Assembly: GCA_016906335.1 (NCBI GenBank)
Contig: JADEYG010000015.1
Span: forward strand, 1,178,001 to 1,242,000
From: Novakomyces olei
Lineage: Eukaryota
Reading direction: 5' to 3'
DNA length: 64,000 bases
The position numbers were made by a program, and so were the translations under genes. Under the pieces are notes generated by a model, which saw nothing but the letters and a program-made list of their open reading frames with translations, searched no databases and was not told the origin of the DNA. Below, piece after piece: positions 37,813 through 49,114 of the stretch (positions within the stretch are counted from its first letter, which is position 1; each line of letters begins with the position of its first letter).

Positions 37813-40239
37813 AATTTGAGCGCATACAAGACGCGTCTGCCGTTCTATTATGCTGTTGCTAAACTGCGCTCATTGTTTACATGCTAAACAATTGATCCAG
37901 AAAACCCTGACAAAGTATAAGAGTAAAGTGTAGAGGGCGATACTGAATGTGGTGGAGCAGTAGCGATACGAGTGGCAAATGATTTTGGGCTAAAGGCTTC
38001 TGCAATACTTTGCTCCTTGACGCATTTGGTACATTGTAATATTCGAAATAGCTCGTGCATTGGGTCGGGACAGGCCCATAGACCATAGTATTATACTATA
38101 GTTTTCTGAGCATGCAAGCTTTTATCAGGCAGTGGCAAATGCTTGCATGTTTTAATATGCACATTATAACTCGCATTCTTGTACCCTTTTGACTGAGCGG
38201 TTGGACAATTGAACAATCGATTGGCCTACCATAACAACCAACGGCCATGTCTTGTGACGATTTGCACGTGACCAGTCAAACTGACTTGTGTCAGCTGCTT
38301 GACATTATGGCTATAGCGTTACTTGGACTCTGGACCTGTACTGCGAAAAGTATTGGCCAATAAACGGTTTCTTTGAATGCCAATCTGCTCTATTATCACA
38401 TGCGGCATCAATTTCTTTTGCATTATAAACAGTTTACTATGCCGTGTGTGTGGGACTTCAATATCCACTGACTGCTTGACGCTATGAGTCTCAATCCACT
38501 GTAAGATTTAGTTTCGTCTTAGGTTCAGGTCATATTAGATTAAATAAAAACGTGTCTTGCTGCCGTTTTCAGTAGAATTGTCCGACGCAAATCAGCGCTT
38601 GGAAACATCTGGTCATTTGCAATATTTGTTGTTGCTGGCCAAACAAAAACGTGTTCAGACAAAATGAAATGTCCGCCGCGGTCTTTGATTCCGAATTATG
38701 GCCGTAATTAACTCTTTTTGGGACACTTTAAGGCTCATAAATTTCAAGCTTACGCTGTTTTGCGACTCAGAGTGTCTCAAACAGTTATTTTATCTTACAC
38801 TTGTGTCTTTTGCGATTCATAAACATCGCTTCACCAATCCATCAAGTGTCAATATTAAATGCCAACCACAGATGGACTCATAAATCCGGCTGGCCACCAA
38901 ACATGTATTACTTTTGCTGTAACATGGTGTGCGGACCGAAAACCAGGCGTGAAATCATGGATGTATTTTGAAATCGTGGATATTTGTACTTTTATAACTG
39001 TAAGGAATCCTATTTGATTCGCTGGAGGAGAATTACAAAGCAAATGAAGCATCCAATACTTGACGTAAGAACTTTCCGCAGACGAGCGTATCGTAAGATT
39101 TTCTTTTGCCTATTTTGTCGGGTTCCGATACGGACAGCTTACTTTTTGAAGATCAGCAAGTGGAGGGAGCTGAAGAAAAATCAATGTGTCAGTTACTCTT
39201 ACCAATCACCAGTGGCTATGCCTTTGCAATTATTCTACGCTGAGTCTTACATTTTGGAAACTTCCTCTGGCAATTCTGTAATTATGTTTTGTGCGAGAAT
39301 TTTAAAAAATAAAATGAAATAGAGTTAGTGCTGGTAAAGTGAACGAATGGTCTGACACGTTGACACGTGAAATATTGACGTCTGAAAATCATTAATTGAA
39401 TGTTTCTGTGCACCCTCACATCCGGCTGCCGATCCACTTTGTCATTGCATACATTAACCCTGAATATAGCGCTAAATCACTTATTCGGTAACACATACGA
39501 TTTAATTCTATATTTACTATGCTTTCTGTCAAACAAGATATCCCATGAACGCTTTGCGGTTAAAACTTCTTTACGTAAACGCTCTCTAAACGTTATGAGC
39601 TAGAAAGAAATTCAACTTTAAATTTTCATATTGCGCTAGGCCTCCTTTCAAGACTCGGCCGAGACTTCAGCCACTCCTATAATTGACCAATGAGAGGGCT
39701 GCATTATCTTTTAGGGACTTTCCGTCGCAGTCTCCTTGCCGTCCATCTCTGTGATTGGTTCCGAATATCGTTTTTTGACATCCTCTTACAAATTCGTCAG
39801 GTGAGAGTGGCACCTTCCTTTTTGAGCGAAATTCAAAGATGGAGTGCAATCTAGAGACCGTTTACAGAAGCCGCGTTAGATGATAATGGATAGAAGGAGT
39901 GGAATAAGCAAAAAAAAAAAAAAATAGAGCATAATTGATAAAACAAAACATGAAAATAACCGCAATGACAAATCTTTTCATATTTGCGCACCGCATTCAA
40001 TCTGAGTCATTTAAATTTTAGGACAATAGGCGAAAGCGGCCCACGTTACGAGCGTCGAGTATTAAATTACAACTAGACTGAAAATGTAAAACAATCCGAT
40101 TATATAATCACAGTATATAACAAATACATAACATTTTTATATATTAGAACGTATATATATATATGTATGTATATAAACCACATTACCCCGATTGAGGGGA
40201 AGCTGGCGAAGGATCTCTCCGTTCCTTGACTGAGCGGCC

Positions 40240-40785
40240 ATGACCGTCTATACTCCTCAAAAAGCAGCTAAATTACTGCGCCCGTTTGCGTCCGCTGATG
40301 AGTTCTTTCTGAGTCGGCAGGATTCACAGCTATCGCAGCACTCGGTTGCCAATACTATTTGCTGCTCTGAGTGTAGTTGCGCATTTGATAACGATTCTGT
40401 TCCTCCAAATTCCTCAAGGCTATCGGGCCCGTTGAGCCCATACTCAAGCGGCGTTCATGCAATTGAACCTGCACGAAATTATTTATACGGGGCCAATGAT
40501 ACGACTCGAGTTTATCACCCCGAAATTCCTTCTGACGATGCTCTGTACAAGATTCTTCGCAGTACTAGTCGCAACGTTAGTCTAGACCCTTCCGATGAAA
40601 AGGTCGATGTTGTACGGGAACGATTATCAGCACCAAACATATTGCACGAAATTGTCTTGGCCGACTCTAAATTGCCTTCCACAACGGTGCCTGCGAAACG
40701 GCGCGGTAAATTATTCGCACGTCTACGGAAATCGTTTACTGGTCGGCATAGGAAGGACAGCAAGGGTGACGTACAGAGCGACTAG
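40240..40785 (+). CDS. Hypothetical protein, 181 aa
   Basis: Intact ORF with GCCATG context, an AT/TATA-rich upstream region and coding-like composition; no family recognised. Confidence 0.65.
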   Translation: MTVYTPQKAAKLLRPFASADEFFLSRQDSQLSQHSVANTICCSECSCAFDNDSVPPNSSRLSGPLSPYSSGVHAIEPARNYLYGANDTTRVYHPEIPSDDALYKILRSTSRNVSLDPSDEKVDVVRERLSAPNILHEIVLADSKLPSTTVPAKRRGKLFARLRKSFTGRHRKDSKGDVQSD

Positions 40786-41170
40786 GGAAGAGCTGTTCTC
40801 TTTTGACTCTGTGTAACAGTCTGTGTAACAGATTATATATTAGCAAAACACTGTTTGTCGGCACCTTTTTGCACTGCATTTGGTTTTTTTGCGTGGCCTG
40901 GCGCTTGTCTCTTTACTGTCATTATCATTTTGTACACACATATTTAGAGTAAACATGTTTATAGTCCGGTTTCAGTTTGGTATTCGGCGCTGATTTTTAT
41001 CATAATATACGCATAGAGGATACACAATTTCTCAGTACTTTGTATAACCATCAAGTAGAACAATTCTCTAAAATTGTTGGTGAGCAACCCAGTACGTATG
41101 TAACGCTCACAATCTACAACTGCCTTTGAAGTTCCTCCTCTGAGTCTATTTTCATATTTGGGTATCACGA

Positions 41171-42449
41171 TTAACGACCATTGGTTACGGGCCGCCATGA
41201 ATCCGCAGAAGGATCAGCTCCGAAATCTTCCAAGCTTTCTTTGCCGCCCCACGCATTATCCAAAAATCCTAAAAAGCTTTTGGCACTCTCATTATCGCTG
41301 TCGTCGTTGGATACATCTTGGTCGTCAATGTCCTTATCATTGCCAACTGCATTATCTAGTCGCTCCTTGCCTTTGCCTTTGCTGTCCTTCACTGTTGGAT
41401 CAATTGGCGGCCAACTAAATTGCTCTGAGGGCTCTGTAAAACATTAAAATGACTCTAGATGATTGAAAAGTCTTACCCACTATATCATTGACTTGAAATT
41501 CGTGACCGTCACCTGGTGATTTGACGAAAGGAATAAGCCATAAAGGTGGAAACTTTCCAAGCACAGAGCAGACATTATGGTAGAAGGAGACATCAAAAGG
41601 GAAAATGGTCTATGGTTAATACGCTGCATCAGATATGAATCATTTTCATATCTGTTTTAGACACTCACGTCATTTGGAAGTAAACCTCGGTCAATTTGGT
41701 TCGTTACCCGCTCGCGCTCCCATGACTCGATCGTGGTTTGATTTTGTACGAGACACCAACTATTCCATATCGTCAAAAACAGCATGAGCAAGACTACCGG
41801 TGCCATCATAAACCCTAAAAATACGGCACATTGGTAGCACAAGCTCGGAAGCTCGGCCGAGGTTATCTCGGCCGAACCCCTAAATAAAACCGGCCATAAT
41901 TGTACAGCCAAAAGAACCAATGCAAGATCCGTCATTAACAGATAGCGAATAAAGTCGGCCTGATTAGCAAATCCAACGCAATTATTGATCCAAGGGCAGT
42001 GATGGTCCATGCGAAGTATGCACCTTCCGCAGGCCCGGCAATGATGAGCACGTGGAGGCTTATACCTCTGGCAAATAGTACAAAAGCGTGCAAGGTTTTG
42101 ATATTGCTGCTGGCAATTTGGATCTTGTGCTTTTTTCTGATCATTTTGATGCTTCTGTTGCTCTGGCAATGCTGGCCGCCAAGTATCGCTCACCGAACCG
42201 GGGTCTGTAAACATGCAACGCAGGAATAGTGCCAACATCAAAACCAAAACCATATTGAACAATAGCAATTGATTACGAGACTCATTATCATCGCCTTGCG
42301 CTTCCTCCTTGAGCCATTGTACGGGCAAAAGCACGAACAGTTGAGGCGCGTACCCGAGAAAGAGCATAAGAGCTATTGTCTGGTAATTTTAGCGCCGAAA
42401 CCTTTTAAAGTATTACAAGCCAAACGAGGAAATTGCCGCCATTGCGCAT
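41171..42449 (-). CDS. PFA4: DHHC palmitoyltransferase, Pfa4-like, 4 exons
   Basis: FCTICQRYKPPRAHHCRACGRCILRMDHHCPWINNCVG; NQTTIESWERE; FPFDV..YHN; C-terminal ESLEDFG. Confidence 0.85.
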
Positions 42450-42901
42450 TGCTATTCATGCACAATAAGCCACGCGAGGCAGATGACGTGCCTGTAGGAT
42501 CCGTGCTCTGGCCGTAATGATTGTTCTGGCCGTAATGATTGCTCTGGCACATTTATTATTTATTATGTGGTGGCAGATTAAATTATATATAATTTATCGA
42601 GTATGCACTCGCGTGATACAGCGTAGACGCACGCGTTGCAAATACATATATATACGTATATATGGACGGGCCCCGTCCGTACATTGGAGCGTAGGGCGAT
42701 GTTTATTACATAATATTCGCTGTATATTGCTAATTTTTAAAATGTATACTGTACATTGGCTCCAAAAAATAATTTATATCGCAATCGCGTCCATATCAGA
42801 ACGAGATCAATGGCGGCAGTATGAATTGAATTGGCGACAAACCATAAAGACGCCACCCATATAATTACGGTTGGGCTATAAGGCTCTGTGGCTCATTGGC
42901 C

Positions 42902-44179
42902 ATGAGCGCTTTCACTTTTCTGGTAAGTTTCAAGGTCACGAGTCGATAGCCATTCCATTTTGTCTCTGGTTATTAATTCTTCAAAGGAACCGCGTCTTTC
43001 GCTCGTGCATATCCCACATGAACTCTTACCTTTTTTCATACATCCAATTCTTCGCGTGCTTTCGTCGCCAGTGCCTCCAGAGTTCTTCAATTTGTCGATA
43101 ACTCCCGTTGAGGTTTCTTTAATGTGTCCTGATGATATTGTGGAATCGCTTTTTCGACCTCTCAGTGAGCAACTAGTCGCAAGCCGAACAGAATTTACCA
43201 ACATTGATATCACCAGCGAAAAATTTATTGCTTTACAGGTCGATACTGAAGGAACCGATTCTGGTGCACGGCTGCTTTCAATCACCGTCCCACTTGCTTT
43301 GGCTGGAGTGTATGATGACTACTTTTATATATAGCGCGTGCTAACTAGCCTGCCAGATCTATTCTCTTCGTGACCACGTACTTTTCCGACTATATTCTTG
43401 TGCACGTCGGGGACGTGCCAAAAGTGATTCAGGTCTTGCAGGAACACGGGTTCGCCTTTGAAACTCATTACTCGCAGTTCGTGTCTTCCACAGAAAGCCC
43501 TATAAACTCGCCCGTTGGTTCAGAACTAAAGTCGAACGGGTTTCCTCTTTCTCCTGACGTCGAAGAACCGATCGCGGAGAATCAGTTGGCCCAGCGGGTC
43601 GTTACCATTTTACGAGACACTCATTGTCCCGTGACGATTGACGACAGCAATCTTATGATTTGTGTCGGCAGCCGTTCAAACGTACTTTCAGATGATATCC
43701 TAATGTCAATTGTTCGTGTGCTAATAGCACCACAATTACCGCACATGTTTAGCATCACTTTGGCACCACGGCCAATTGCAGCCTCGCTGTTCATTCCTCA
43801 AAGCTTGCTGCATGAATACTTTGACGAGTCTCTACTGCTGGGGGCTCATGGCGGTGACTTGCTGGCTCCTATAATCCTCGATCTGCGTCCATTGGATCAG
43901 GCTGGCAAACTGGCCAAGGCGAATCAGAAAGAGCATTTGGGTGGCACTGGTATCGTTTGTGGGATTATTAGTCTTTTGCTCTACGGTATATCCCTTGAAG
44001 GTTCGGAGAACGGACAACAGGACGAGGAGCCTTTGGCGCGATCCACAGATTCATTGAAGGGTAATAATGGTATGATGCTTTCGTACCTGAGTACTTTCCA
44101 TGGAGGCAATGTATTTGTCAGTCAGGATAATGTAAGACCGGCTGCAAAAGCGTTGCAGGACGTGCTTACGCCGCTGTAA
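42902..44179 (+). CDS. CASTOR/GATS-like tandem ACT-domain protein, 3 exons
   Basis: LSLVHIP; FFNLSITPVEVSLMC; PLALAG|SILFVTTYFSDYILV; GTGIVCG; SYLSTF. Confidence 0.8.
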
Positions 44180-44639
44180 GAATCGATGTTGTGTTTGGCA
44201 TATCTCCTTCAGTTCTTGTTTTTAATTTTTTTTGTTATTTATTTACTATCTAATTTGTTCAAAAGTCTTTTATTGCTGCATCTTTTTCTGTGTTTAATGT
44301 CACAAAACAAAACTCGGTATATCTGAAGGTTGTGCTCGGTCGATCGGTGTATGATTGGTAGTTTGATTGTGCATGAATGTATTTGTATATGATTTATCTT
44401 TGTCTATTGTTTCTGCGTTTGTGGTGGTCACGTTGAAGAGCCAAATTGCGACGATTAAAAGGGGAAGGAAGAAAAAGTTACTTGGTGTTCAAATTGTTTG
44501 TAGTCCTTGATTGTAGAAATTGCAGAAAAGCCATGAAACAATAGGAACCGCGATTCCATTGTTCCATATTACGATCATTTCAAGTAAAATTATTTCAAGC
44601 ATGCCGAGTCCACACTGTACAATTAAATTATTGTAGATC

Positions 44640-44830
44640 TATAAAAGTTTGGATATAGTTAGTCTAGCCATAGCAATTGTAAGCCAGAATTAGTTAGGGT
44701 TAGGATTAGTTATCTTACCCTAACACTTTTATAAATGCTGGCAGAAATAATCTTTAATATATCTTTTCACAAAACAAGGAGCATTTCACACAATAAAAGT
44801 CTTATACAAACATCTCTATAGGTTTTGTAT
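44640..44830 (+). repeat. Dispersed telobox-containing element, copy 1 (upstream of calcineurin A)
   Basis: GGATATAGTTAGTCTAGCCATAGC...AAGCCAGAATTAGTTAGGGTTAGGATTAGTT aligns with the reverse complement of about 58255-58420. Confidence 0.8.
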
Positions 44831-45137
44831 ATTTTACTCTATACATATTATTAGTCTGCAATTATAGAATATTATGTAATTTATGGTTGAATAGTGATTG
44901 AGTATGATTTGTATTTGAATACAAAACGTTGCCTAATAATATAAGCCCGCCGAGCCATCTCGTACGAATACACGCTGACGAGATCTGTGCGTGCCCCCTT
45001 TTTCTGATCGGCAGCCGAGTATAGACAGCGCGTCACACACTTTTTAACTCGCGTCTTCGACAGCTTTGACGCGCTCGGGACTGGATATTTGCCGCATTTG
45101 CTTTTACGACTGTAAAGGCCAATTGGCAGCTTTCACA

Positions 45138-46986
45138 ATGGCGAGTCCCGGGCAAGACCCGATTTTGGAGAGGATTCACGGGCCGCCAAAACCCAAAGTT
45201 GTAAGAGACCATTCGCTGTACGTCACAGAGGATGGACATACGCTCAACACGAGGGAACGAGTCCATAAAGGTAAGCTCAACAAATGGGATAGATACTGAA
45301 TAGCAAAGAGGTCCTCTCGACAATCGAGCATGAAATAGTGGATAAAAACTTGAAAAATAACTGAAAAAGAATTGAAAAAGAATTATGACAATGAAATTGG
45401 AATCGAATAGTCCAATACAAAAGCAAACAAGATCAAGTTGACTAACTGGAACAGACGTTCCCCATCCTGCAGCCAAGATACCTACAGACGAAGAATTCTG
45501 GGACCCGAACGACCGCAGCAAACCGAATCATCGGTTTTTGAAACAGCATTTCATGAGGGAAGGACGGATCTCTGAAGAACACGCACTGTATATAATTCGC
45601 AAGGGAACCGAGATTATGCGTAAAGAGCCTAATTTGCTCGAAATGGATGCCCCAATCACTGTTTGCGGCGATATTCACGGACAATATTTTGATCTAATGA
45701 AGCTTTTTGAGGTTGGTGGTTCGCCGGAGGATACAAAGTACCTTTTCCTTGGTGACTATGTGGACCGTGGCTATTATTCCATCGAGTGTTTACTGTATCT
45801 ATGGTCGCTTAAAATTTGGTACCCACAGTCTTTTGCAATGCTACGTGGCAACCATGAATGCCGTCATTTAACAGATTATTTCACCTTTAAATTGGAGTGC
45901 CTGCACAAGTATAGTGAGAGGGTTTACGAGGCCTGCATTGAGAGTTTCTGTGCACTTCCACTGGCGGCTATTATGAACAAACAGTTTTTCTGCGTGCATG
46001 GCGGACTTTCCCCAGAGCTGCATACGTTACAAGACTTGCGTGCCATCGACAGGTTCCGGGAGCCGCCGACACGTGGTCTTATGTGTGATTTATTGTGGGC
46101 CGACCCGCTAGAAGAGTTTGGATCAGAAACGAATGGGAAGCATTTCACTCACAACAATGTTCGTGGCTGTTCTTACTTTTTCAGCTACGCAGCTACCTGC
46201 TCCTTTTTGGAACGTAATGGCCTTTTGTCGGTAATAAGGGCCCATGAAGCACAAGACGCTGGCTACCGTATGTATCGGAAAAACCGGGGCACAGGGTTCC
46301 CCGCTTTAATGACCCTTTTTTCCGCTCCTAATTATCTCGACGTTTACAACAATCAGGCGGCAGTTTTAAAGTACGAAAACAATGTTCTTAATATCCGGCA
46401 ATTTAATTGCAGCCCGCACCCGTACTGGCTACCGAATTTTATGGACGTTTTCACGTGGAGTTTGCCCTTTTTAGGGGAGAAAATTACAGACATGCTTATT
46501 GCAATGCTGAATATTTGCTCCAAAGAGGAATTGGAAGAAGAGCTCGAGGGCGTTGAGCGTACAGTCGCCACAAAGCAAGCAGAAGCATTGCCGGAAGAAG
46601 CAGGAAGCACAGGCGCAGCAGCAGCACTGGAAGCGGATGCAGAAGAACGTCGTCGTGTTATACGCAACAAAGTTATGGCTATTGGAAGACTGTCGCGACT
46701 CTTTTCTGTGCTCCGTGAGGAAAGTGAGAGTGTCAGTGAATTGAAACTCGCTAGTGGCAACTCGAGACTGCCTGCGGGAACGCTATGGCTCGGGTCAGAG
46801 GGTATAAAAAGCGCTATACACAGTTTTGAGGAAGCCCGTTCCCGTGACTTGCAGAACGAGCGCCTGCCTCCGCTTCCCCGAGAGCGAAGGCAGTTGGAAG
46901 AAGAAGCACGGCGCGAAGCTATAACAGAGGCACGCAATTCAAAAGACGAGCGGATTGAAAGCTTGGCGCGAAAGTTGTCAATGTAG
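45138..46986 (+). CDS. CNA1: Calcineurin A catalytic subunit (PP2B), 2 exons
   Basis: [49 protein letters not shown], calmodulin-binding [10 protein letters not shown], autoinhibitory SFEEAR..D..NERLPP. Confidence 0.98.
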
Positions 46987-47487
46987 AAATTGGTACGTTG
47001 CAGTCTATTAGACAATATTTGACACTGAAAAGGTTTTGTACATTTTTCGCAGGCCAGCAACAGTACACGTTGCTCGGTCCTGATATATTCAATGAAATTT
47101 GTTTGTTTATTTATTTATACATATGTGTGTGTATATGGTTCATAGTACATTACGGCAGTACATATCTGATTTGAATATTATTTGGAAATCGACAGCTTCC
47201 ACTGTGCTCGCAATAATGTAGACTGCAGGTTAGGGAATGCCCTCTGCACAGCACTATTCCATTACACTTTGACACGATTTGACGTGTCGACACGATTTGA
47301 CGTGTCGACACGATTTGACAAGATGCTTCGAGACAGATTCTACAAAGTGTTGTGCAGAGATTAAAAGACAAGATACGCACTATATACACTCCCCGTCCAC
47401 GCTAGACGTGTCGCCAATGCTGCAAGTTTTATATATTTTTTAATACGTAATTTTGCACTGCTTGTGCAATGCTTCCACATTCACAAA

Positions 47488-48324
47488 TCAGCTACTCTCG
47501 TCGGACGAGGAAGCGTCGGCACTGCCGTTGACGATAACAAGGCGACGGGTCCCTCCACCGCCGATCGTTTCGTAGTCTCCCTCATTCGTCTCGTTGTCGC
47601 TGCTATCAGAGATATTGTAAGCCGGCGTATAATTTGTTGGAAGGGCCACTCCGTCGCCAATCAGACCCTGGCCGCTATGAGGCGCCTTTAATACAGGCGC
47701 CTTTAATACAGACTTGTCAGCCGCCGTTGCTCCTACAGCATCGGCATCGGCAGCGTTGCCGACGTTGCCGACGTTGCCGACGTTGCCGAGCAAAGGTGCT
47801 TCTACAGCTTTTCCAATGGTTCCGTCTGTCGAGTTGGCATACGTCATTTGCATTCCGGCGAGGGACATGGACCGTGCGTGGTACATCTCTGACGATCGGC
47901 GCGAGGCGAGATAGCCCGATGCAGAGGACGCAGAGTTGGCTGTAGGCGAGTCTGCCTCGTCATCCTCCTCACGCGCCTCTTCGGCAAGTAATCGTGGCCG
48001 CAGAGACGCGTGTTGTGGAGCCGTTGAGCGGGCAGACAGCTGCTGCTGCAGCCGAACATTGCTCGTGCTCGAGGAGTGGAAAACCCTGGACAGAGCATTG
48101 TGCTTTCTCACGGCCGAGCTCGGCCGTTCAGCGGCCACGAATTTATTATGGGACGACGACGATCGGCGGGACAGGAGGCCCGTGTCGGGAATAGCGACTC
48201 GCCGATCGTGGTCGCACCAGACTGTCGCCTTGTTGCGCCTCAGCCGCTGAACATAGCTCTGCTCTGCCACAGACGGATCTGTACGGGTATTGGACAGCGG
48301 ACGCGTCGCGTCCACACGCGACAT
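47488..48324 (-). CDS. Hypothetical low-complexity fungal protein
   Basis: ORF of about 278 aa from the ATG at 48324, with an LRRNKATVWCD segment and a C-terminal RLVIVN motif; GC-rich coding-like composition. Confidence 0.65.
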   Translation of the reverse strand: MSRVDATRPLSNTRTDPSVAEQSYVQRLRRNKATVWCDHDRRVAIPDTGLLSRRSSSSHNKFVAAERPSSAVRKHNALSRVFHSSSTSNVRLQQQLSARSTAPQHASLRPRLLAEEAREEDDEADSPTANSASSASGYLASRRSSEMYHARSMSLAGMQMTYANSTDGTIGKAVEAPLLGNVGNVGNVGNAADADAVGATAADKSVLKAPVLKAPHSGQGLIGDGVALPTNYTPAYNISDSSDNETNEGDYETIGGGGTRRLVIVNGSADASSSDESS

Positions 48325-48419
48325 TGTACCGCGGCACACACACTGCACACTGCACAATGCTCGGCTCTTGCAGTTGCGCGTGGAACATTAATACTATGCT
48401 TTTATGATAATGTGCAGAT

Positions 48420-48790
48420 ATGATGAATTATAATAGTGGATAATAGTGGATAATAGTGGATAATAGTGGGAAAAATTATAAATTATGATAAAAGCATAAA
48501 ATAGTGGATAAATTTATATTTTATGATAAAATAATGATAAAATTATTATAAGATTATTATAAATTTATAAAAGAGTGGAGAAAATTATAAACTGTGATAA
48601 ATTATGATAAAATATGGTAAAATGTGGCAAAATATAATGACTTACAAAAATTCGAAAATTAGTGGGGAAATCAGCGGATAAAATTACCATGAGATCTGGT
48701 CGAAATTGTAAAATTATTATAAGTCATTACAAAATGATAAAATGGTGAAAAATTATTACAACAGATGACAATTGTATGATAAACGTTCGA
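48420..48790. repeat. AT-rich low-complexity tract, (ATAATAGTGG)n and ATAAAATT repeats
   Basis: Strongly A/T-biased degenerate repeats in a divergent promoter. Confidence 0.75.
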
Positions 48791-49040
48791 GTTGTATAGG
48801 CACGGCGATTCCTACAAAATATACAGAACGAGAATAAACATGCGCACGCTTAGGCTGCACGATGCATTTGTGAATGTCGTGTATTTAAATATCGTCCAAA
48901 ACAGCCGACGTTACCACGAGTGAATAGCGCATACTTTGTGGGCAAATCGATTAAAGCTGGACAATGTGCAAAGTAACCATAAGAGCCACATTTAATACTC
49001 AAATTCGTAAAACTCGCACGTATTATTACTTGTAAGCGAG

Positions 49041-49058
49041 ACGCGTGAATAAACGCGT
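49041..49058. promoter_or_regulatory. Tandem MCB (MluI cell-cycle) boxes upstream of CAF-1 p150
   Basis: ACGCGT at 49041-49046 and 49053-49058, about 60 bp before the ATG of an S-phase chromatin gene. Confidence 0.7.
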
Positions 49059-49114
49059 CAACGTCGAAATTGACTACTTTTGAGAGCGCGTGCCGAGCGG
49101 GTTAAAGGCACAGA

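Noticed and set aside
39700-39730. GGAAAGTCCC on the minus strand resembling the RNase MRP/P P4 motif
   Set aside because: No complementary 3' P4 segment found downstream.
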